Part shown: one piece after another, positions 58,480 to 64,000 of the stretch
Layout of the letters: the number at the start of each line of letters is the position of its first letter
Position numbering within the stretch: position 1 is the stretch's first letter
Position numbers and translations under genes: made by a program
DNA from: Terriglobia bacterium
Lineage (GTDB): Bacteria > Acidobacteriota > Terriglobia > 20CM-2-55-15
Length of the DNA stretch: 64,000 bases
Assembly (NCBI GenBank): GCA_963664115.2
Contig: CAXWPJ010000010.1
Span: 288,001-352,000 of the forward strand
Direction: 5' to 3'
Notes under the pieces: generated by a model
What the model was told of the DNA's origin: nothing
The model's database searches: none
The model's input: only the letters and a program-made list of their open reading frames with translations

Positions 58480-59046
58480 CTACGGTTGGGGCTCGGGAGT
58501 CACCGCCGGTGTCAGTGGAGGCGCCTCGGTGGTTTCTTCAGATGCCGCATCCATGCGTCGAATGATCTCGTTGGTGATGTCGATCGATGGAGCGGCGTAG
58601 ATCAACCCTGTCTGCTCTGCGGAGATATTGAAGATCAGCGTGTACTGCTGCTCATCCGCGTAGGCCTGAAAAACCGTCTGAGCCCTTTCGAATATCGGCA
58701 GCAACAGTTCATCGTTTTGAGCCTGCATTTCCAGTTGGGCGTCTTCCGAGGCGCGGGTGAGCCGTGTTTGCGTGTTCTGGATGTCACGATTGAGCCCGGC
58801 CAAAGCCGCCGCGGAAAGGACCCGCTCCTGAGTCGCCAACCGACCCTGCATCTCCTCCAGGCTCGCCTGCTGCACCTCCAGGTTCGCAGCCAATGAATTG
58901 TAATGCTGCTCCAGCTCTACACCGGCGGCACGGCCCTCTATGCTTTCGGCGACAACTCTGTCAAAGTTGATGACTGCGACTCTCTGCGCAAGAAGTGATG
59001 CCGGAGTCAACAGCGTCACTAGCAATACCAGCTTCAAGTACTTCAT
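58480..59046 (-). CDS. skp: Skp/OmpH periplasmic chaperone
   Basis: Signal peptide, VAVIN, coiled coil, DITNEII; follows bamA. Confidence 0.85.
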   Translation of the reverse strand: MKYLKLVLLVTLLTPASLLAQRVAVINFDRVVAESIEGRAAGVELEQHYNSLAANLEVQQASLEEMQGRLATQERVLSAAALAGLNRDIQNTQTRLTRASEDAQLEMQAQNDELLLPIFERAQTVFQAYADEQQYTLIFNISAEQTGLIYAAPSIDITNEIIRRMDAASEETTEAPPLTPAVTPEPQP

Positions 59047-59071
59047 CTTTCCTCCCACAAGTTCCTCCAAT

Positions 59072-61705
59072 CTAAAATGTCTTGCCAACGGTAAATTTGA
59101 ACCCCTTCTCCTGCTCCCTGAGAAAGAATTGCTGGCCGGAGTTGGGCGTCGTTATGGTCCGGTCAAGTCTCAAGGCATTGTAAAAATAAATCAGACGGAA
59201 CGGCGCATTAATCACCGGCATCAAGACCTGCAGCTCGGCCCCGGTGCTGACTCTGAGCCCGGAGTTCGTGCCCGGAATGAACTGGACATCGTCTATACGA
59301 ATGGATCCGTCGGGTTGAACAACCTCACGCTGCAACTGACTCGTATTAATTGCCCAGCTGTTTCCGATGTCGAGAAACGGCGCGAGAGTCAGCACTTGCC
59401 CTGCGATGGGAATGCGATACTCGATGTTGGCGACCGCCGTCGTATCGCCGCCCACATACGCAATGTCGTCGATCACGATCGGCTGACCCGTGAAATCATC
59501 AACCGATTCACGTGTAACGAACGCCATCGGGCTGATCGAGCGAAACTCGAAGCCACGCACATCGAAGTCCCCACCCATGAAATAGCGCTGGTAAAACGGA
59601 GTTCCCGTACCGGAGAAACCTCTGATGTGCCCGACCTGCAATCGAAACGCCAGCGTATTCCGGAAATTGTTCATGGGCTTATAGAACTGGTACTCGAAAA
59701 ACGGCTGGATATAGTTCGTGTTGCCGCCGAGGAAGCTGCCTGTGAAATTAAAACTCAAGCTGACGCTCTGGCCACTCTGCGGACGGTTGGGGTTGGATAC
59801 GGTGTTATACCTGTACGTCGAAATTATGGAACGCGTTTTAAAATCGCTGAAACTGCCGCCGGTCTGGACGAAGCTTCCACGTTCCGATTGGCGTACGTTG
59901 TCAAAAAAGGCCGACGTCGCCGGGTTGATCGCGTCGCTTGATGAATTGTCAAACTGAAAGGTCAGACCCAGGCGATGGAACACTCGCAAGGGATAGCTGG
60001 TAAAAACGTTGAAGCCTTGCCGGCTCTGTTCGTAATTGAGGCGGTTCTCGAAACCCAGACCGGTTGGCAGGTCGTCGGGATTGAGACCGAAAATGTCACG
60101 TGCCTGGTCAAACCGGTACTCGCTCTTGAAGATGGTAAAACCCGCCGAGATCGGCCGGTCCATCAGATATGGTTCTGTGAAGCTGAAGGAGAAGTTGGTC
60201 TGTCGGGTTCCACCCTGGGCCGTTACGGCCAGGGTCTCGCCAAACCCCAGAAAGTTGTTCGTTGAATAGTCGATACCCAGAAAGCTCCCGCCAATGCCAC
60301 TGACGCCACCGCTGAACCCGATTGTGTTTCCCCCGCGCTCTTCAACGTTCAGCGTGATGTCGACTTCCGCTTCGGTAGGGTTCGGCCGGATGTCGGCCGC
60401 ATCCGCGGTAATTTCCTCGAAGTAGCCCAGCTGGTTGAGCCGAAGCAGGCTCATATCCCAGAGCTGGGAGCTGAAAATCTTACCCTCTTCCAACATCACT
60501 TCCCGGCGTATGACCTTGTCGCGGGTGCTGGTGTTTCCGCGAAAGTTAATTCGGTTGACGAAGAACTGTCTATCCTCATCGACATTGATGGTCAGGTCCA
60601 CGATCCTGGCTTCATCGTCGAAATCATAGTTAGGCACCGGAGTGAAATTTACGTACCCGAAGTTTCCGTACAACTTTCCGAGGTCTTCAAACCCTTCCCT
60701 CAGCCGCGTCTCGTTAAACACCTCGCCTGAATTGAGGCGCAAAAAACTGAGCAGTTGCTCTTCGGTAAACTGCTCGTTACCGGTAACGTTTATGTCACGC
60801 AATCGATACTGGTCGTTTTCTTCAACCCGAATCTTAATAAAGAAACGGTCGACTTCCTTTTTCCAGAACGGAAGAGGAATTCCCCACGGGAACGAGGGTT
60901 TGATAAACGGGAGCGTCCGGCTGATTTTATGGGGACGAATCTCGACTTCCGGATCCAGGACAATGGCCCGAACGTAACCGTTCTCGCGAAATAGCATCTG
61001 GATGCGCGTAATGTCGTCGTTCATTTTCAGCGGGTGGTAGACGTCCTGGCTGCGGAACGAAGCAATCGGACCCGCTTCCTTGAGCAATTCCATCGCGCCT
61101 TTAATCTCGCCGTCGGAAAAGGCTACGTTGCCGAGGATTTCAATTTCCTCGATCTTGATCTTTGGTCCTTCATCGATCACGAAGGCCACACCGATGGCAT
61201 TGGGAGGAATCTCGTAGGTTTCGACTTCGACTGTCGCGTTCTGGCGGCCCTGTTCGGCCAGTAGGGACAACAGAACTGCTTTGGCCCGCTGAATCCGTGT
61301 CTCGTCGTATGGGATCTCTACGCTCAGACCCACCCCGGCGTCACGCAATCGTTCCAGAATGGACGACAGCGTAACCGAATCGTTTCCCTCGTAGTCGATG
61401 GCGCGGATGATGGGCTTCTCCGCGACTTCGAAAATCACGATCTTGCCGTTCTCGCCATCCTCTTCATCGACACGGATATCCTGGAAATATCCCAGGCCGT
61501 ACAGGACTCGAATGTCCCTCTGAATCACTCCCAATTGGACCAGCTCGCCGGGACGAGTCTGGAGATTGTATCGGATCGTTTCAGACGGAATCCTGCGGTT
61601 GCCCCGGACCTCGACGGCCTCGATTACATCCGGGACCGGCACCTCAAGGTCCTGGGGTTGAACGCCGTTGAGAAAAACCGCTAAAAAGACGGCGACAAGC
61701 TTCAT
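59072..61705 (-). CDS. bamA: Outer membrane protein assembly factor
   Basis: POTRA repeats (GN..), TRDKVIRRE, VRGF, C-terminal Phe. Confidence 0.93.
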   Translation of the reverse strand: MKLVAVFLAVFLNGVQPQDLEVPVPDVIEAVEVRGNRRIPSETIRYNLQTRPGELVQLGVIQRDIRVLYGLGYFQDIRVDEEDGENGKIVIFEVAEKPIIRAIDYEGNDSVTLSSILERLRDAGVGLSVEIPYDETRIQRAKAVLLSLLAEQGRQNATVEVETYEIPPNAIGVAFVIDEGPKIKIEEIEILGNVAFSDGEIKGAMELLKEAGPIASFRSQDVYHPLKMNDDITRIQMLFRENGYVRAIVLDPEVEIRPHKISRTLPFIKPSFPWGIPLPFWKKEVDRFFIKIRVEENDQYRLRDINVTGNEQFTEEQLLSFLRLNSGEVFNETRLREGFEDLGKLYGNFGYVNFTPVPNYDFDDEARIVDLTINVDEDRQFFVNRINFRGNTSTRDKVIRREVMLEEGKIFSSQLWDMSLLRLNQLGYFEEITADAADIRPNPTEAEVDITLNVEERGGNTIGFSGGVSGIGGSFLGIDYSTNNFLGFGETLAVTAQGGTRQTNFSFSFTEPYLMDRPISAGFTIFKSEYRFDQARDIFGLNPDDLPTGLGFENRLNYEQSRQGFNVFTSYPLRVFHRLGLTFQFDNSSSDAINPATSAFFDNVRQSERGSFVQTGGSFSDFKTRSIISTYRYNTVSNPNRPQSGQSVSLSFNFTGSFLGGNTNYIQPFFEYQFYKPMNNFRNTLAFRLQVGHIRGFSGTGTPFYQRYFMGGDFDVRGFEFRSISPMAFVTRESVDDFTGQPIVIDDIAYVGGDTTAVANIEYRIPIAGQVLTLAPFLDIGNSWAINTSQLQREVVQPDGSIRIDDVQFIPGTNSGLRVSTGAELQVLMPVINAPFRLIYFYNALRLDRTITTPNSGQQFFLREQEKGFKFTVGKTF

Positions 61706-62022
61706 TATCTTCCTCCAAGCGACAAACGACAGAATCGTGTCAAATTGTACTACGACAACAGGTTAAAACCAATGGACAGTGCGGCATAACGCTTTCAGAG
61801 CCAGCCGGGCGCCGTCAGGTGATGCGCGAGCTTGCCAAAAGCCCCCGGAAACGCAATCCCGGCTCGGACACATCTCTCCAGCGGGGGCCAGACGCACGTG
61901 TCCTCAGACAGTTTTCACTTAGACTTTGGGGAAAGCGTTTCGGTGTAAAGAAGAAGTAAGAATCCGGAATTTCCGGGAACAGAGGGCCGGATTCCCTGAA
62001 TCGGGAGTCGGTTCAGAATTTC

Positions 62023-64000
62023 CTATATCGTCAATGGTACGCCCACTTCCTCATGATCTTTGGACCGATACCAGAGTTTTTCACCATCCCGATACACTTC
62101 AACCTGGGCAATACCCTCAAGGTTGCCCTGTATCAAAGCTTCCGACAACGGGTCCTCGATGTAGCGCTGAATGGCTCGACGTAAGGGCCGCGCTCCATAA
62201 TTCCGATCGTGGCACACTTTATCCAGTATCCACAGCTTGGCCTCTTCCGTCAGACTCACTTCCAGGTGCTTGTGCTCAAGGTAAGTGTTCAGCTGGTCGA
62301 TCATCAGTTCAACGATACGTTCCAGGTCGTTGTCGGTAAGCGAGTTGAAGATGATAATTTCGTCGAGCCGATTGATGAATTCGGGATTGAACAGCCGTTT
62401 CACTTCGACCATCACCGCTTCTTCCATCTTGGCCTCGGTGGCCTCCTCGCTCGGGGCCTGGAAGCCCAGGCTCGTGTGCTTGCTCAGGAAACGCGCACCG
62501 ATATTGGAAGTCATGGTGATGATGGTGTTCTTGAAGTCTATCGTGTTGCCCAAGCCGTCAGTCAACTGGCCGTCTTCGAACACCTGCAACAGTATGTTGT
62601 AGACATCGGGATGGGCTTTCTCGATTTCATCAAGCAGGATCACCGAATATGGATTTCGCTTCACACGTTCGGTGAGTTGGCCACCCTCCTCGTAACCGAC
62701 ATACCCTGGGGGGGAACCAATCAGTTTCGACACCGAGTGCTTCTCCATGAATTCGGACATGTCGAATCGAATCAGGGCTTTCTCGCTGCCAAAGAGGAAC
62801 TGGGCCAGCGCTCGCGCCATCTCGGTCTTACCCACACCCGTCGGCCCCAGGAACAGGAACGATCCTGCCGGCCGGTTCGGGGACTTTAAGCCTGCCCGGG
62901 AGCGGCGGATGGCACGTGCCAAGGCATCGATCGCCTTGTCCTGGCTGACGACCCTCCGATGCAGCTCTTCCTCGATTCGGGTGAGGCGAAGCATCTCTTC
63001 TTCCTTGATCGATGTCACCGGGACACCGGTCCACTTGGATACGACTTCTTCAATATCGGCCCGTGTGACGACTCCCATCGTGGCGGTTTCGCTGATGTTG
63101 AATTTTTCGCGAATGCCCTGGAGATTGTCCCGCTCTACCTGCTCCTGACTCTTGTAGTGCTCGGCTTTCTCGAATTCCTTGCTTGAAATGGCGCTTTCCA
63201 TCCGGGCCACGATGAACTTGATCCGGCGCTGGATATCGGTCATTTCAGACGGCAGTGTCGCCTGCCGTAGCTTGACCCGCGCACCGGCCTCATCGAGCAG
63301 GTCGATGGCCTTGTCGGGCAGGAAACGGTCAGGAATATATCGACTGGACAGGTGCACGGCCGCTTCGATCCCTTCTTCCGTGTAGCTGACCATGTGGAAC
63401 TTCTCGTAACGCGACTTCACACCGTGCAGGATGCGGACGGTTTCCTCCTCGGGGGGCGCCCCGACCTTAATCGACTGGAAACGCCGCTCGAGAGAGCGGT
63501 CCTTCTCGATGGACTTTCGAAATTCGGCGGGTGTGGTCGCACCGATACACTGGATCTCGCCACGCGACAGTGCCGGTTTTAGAATATTAGCCGCATCCAA
63601 CGAGCCTTCGGCAGACCCCGCACCAACCAGCGTATGCAACTCGTCAATAAAGACAATCGTGTTGGGGTTGTCCACCAACTCCTTCATGATGGTCTTCAAT
63701 CGCTCCTCGAACTGACCTCTGTACTTTGTTCCCGCAACGATCAACGAAAGGTCGAGTACGAGGATCCGCTTGTCGGCGAGGAAGGTCGGCATTTCTCCGT
63801 CGACGATTTGTTGTGCCAGTCCTTCAACGATGGCCGTCTTACCGACACCGGGATCACCAATCAGGACGGGGTTGTTCTTGGTTCTCCGGCAGAGGATCTG
63901 GACGACACGATCGATTTCGTTACCCCGGCCAACCAATGGATCGAGTAACCCATCTACTGCCGCCTGAGTCAGGTCCCGCGAAAACTCCGACAGGAGAGGT
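62023..64000 (-). CDS. clpC: ClpC-type AAA+ chaperone (5' end outside the window)
   Basis: [48 protein letters not shown]; frame open to the window edge. Confidence 0.9.
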   Translation of the reverse strand, partial: PLLSEFSRDLTQAAVDGLLDPLVGRGNEIDRVVQILCRRTKNNPVLIGDPGVGKTAIVEGLAQQIVDGEMPTFLADKRILVLDLSLIVAGTKYRGQFEERLKTIMKELVDNPNTIVFIDELHTLVGAGSAEGSLDAANILKPALSRGEIQCIGATTPAEFRKSIEKDRSLERRFQSIKVGAPPEEETVRILHGVKSRYEKFHMVSYTEEGIEAAVHLSSRYIPDRFLPDKAIDLLDEAGARVKLRQATLPSEMTDIQRRIKFIVARMESAISSKEFEKAEHYKSQEQVERDNLQGIREKFNISETATMGVVTRADIEEVVSKWTGVPVTSIKEEEMLRLTRIEEELHRRVVSQDKAIDALARAIRRSRAGLKSPNRPAGSFLFLGPTGVGKTEMARALAQFLFGSEKALIRFDMSEFMEKHSVSKLIGSPPGYVGYEEGGQLTERVKRNPYSVILLDEIEKAHPDVYNILLQVFEDGQLTDGLGNTIDFKNTIITMTSNIGARFLSKHTSLGFQAPSEEATEAKMEEAVMVEVKRLFNPEFINRLDEIIIFNSLTDNDLERIVELMIDQLNTYLEHKHLEVSLTEEAKLWILDKVCHDRNYGARPLRRAIQRYIEDPLSEALIQGNLEGIAQVEVYRDGEKLWYRSKDHEEVGVPLTI

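Noticed and set aside
61706-62022. Possible ncRNA in the bamA-clpC gap
   Set aside because: Only weak hairpins; no recognisable tRNA or ncRNA signature and no second copy in the window

Overview
Housekeeping-dense bacterial chromosome segment. Gene order (clpC-bamA-skp-fabZ-lpxA-lpxI; miaA-hfq-hflX; lptC/A-lptB-rpoN-hpf-rapZ-PTS-msbA-yicC-gmk-rpoZ-coaBC-udg-priA) suggests a diderm, probably an Acidobacteriota member (inference). It also carries SAM-cycle genes (metK, ahcY, sahR), a five-gene Qrc/ACIII-like respiratory operon and a two-gene bacterial-microcompartment satellite. No tRNA, rRNA, CRISPR array or transposase was seen. Much of the unexplained signal lies between genes: four families of dispersed palindromic elements. 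The most striking (family F, 4 copies) is built of covarying hairpins with TCC loops on one strand and GGA loops on the other, one matching the CsrA consensus ACAGGAUGU; one copy is nested inside a family A element (170-180 bp, 7 copies). Other hidden signals: an in-frame UGA at the catalytic position of a secreted rhodanese with a SECIS-like hairpin (probable selenoprotein), a long HPF cut to a short HPF with its C-terminal domain left as a relic, a K+ channel split by an ochre codon, a DnaA-box cluster, and several apparently leaderless genes including sahR with a palindromic operator over its -10.
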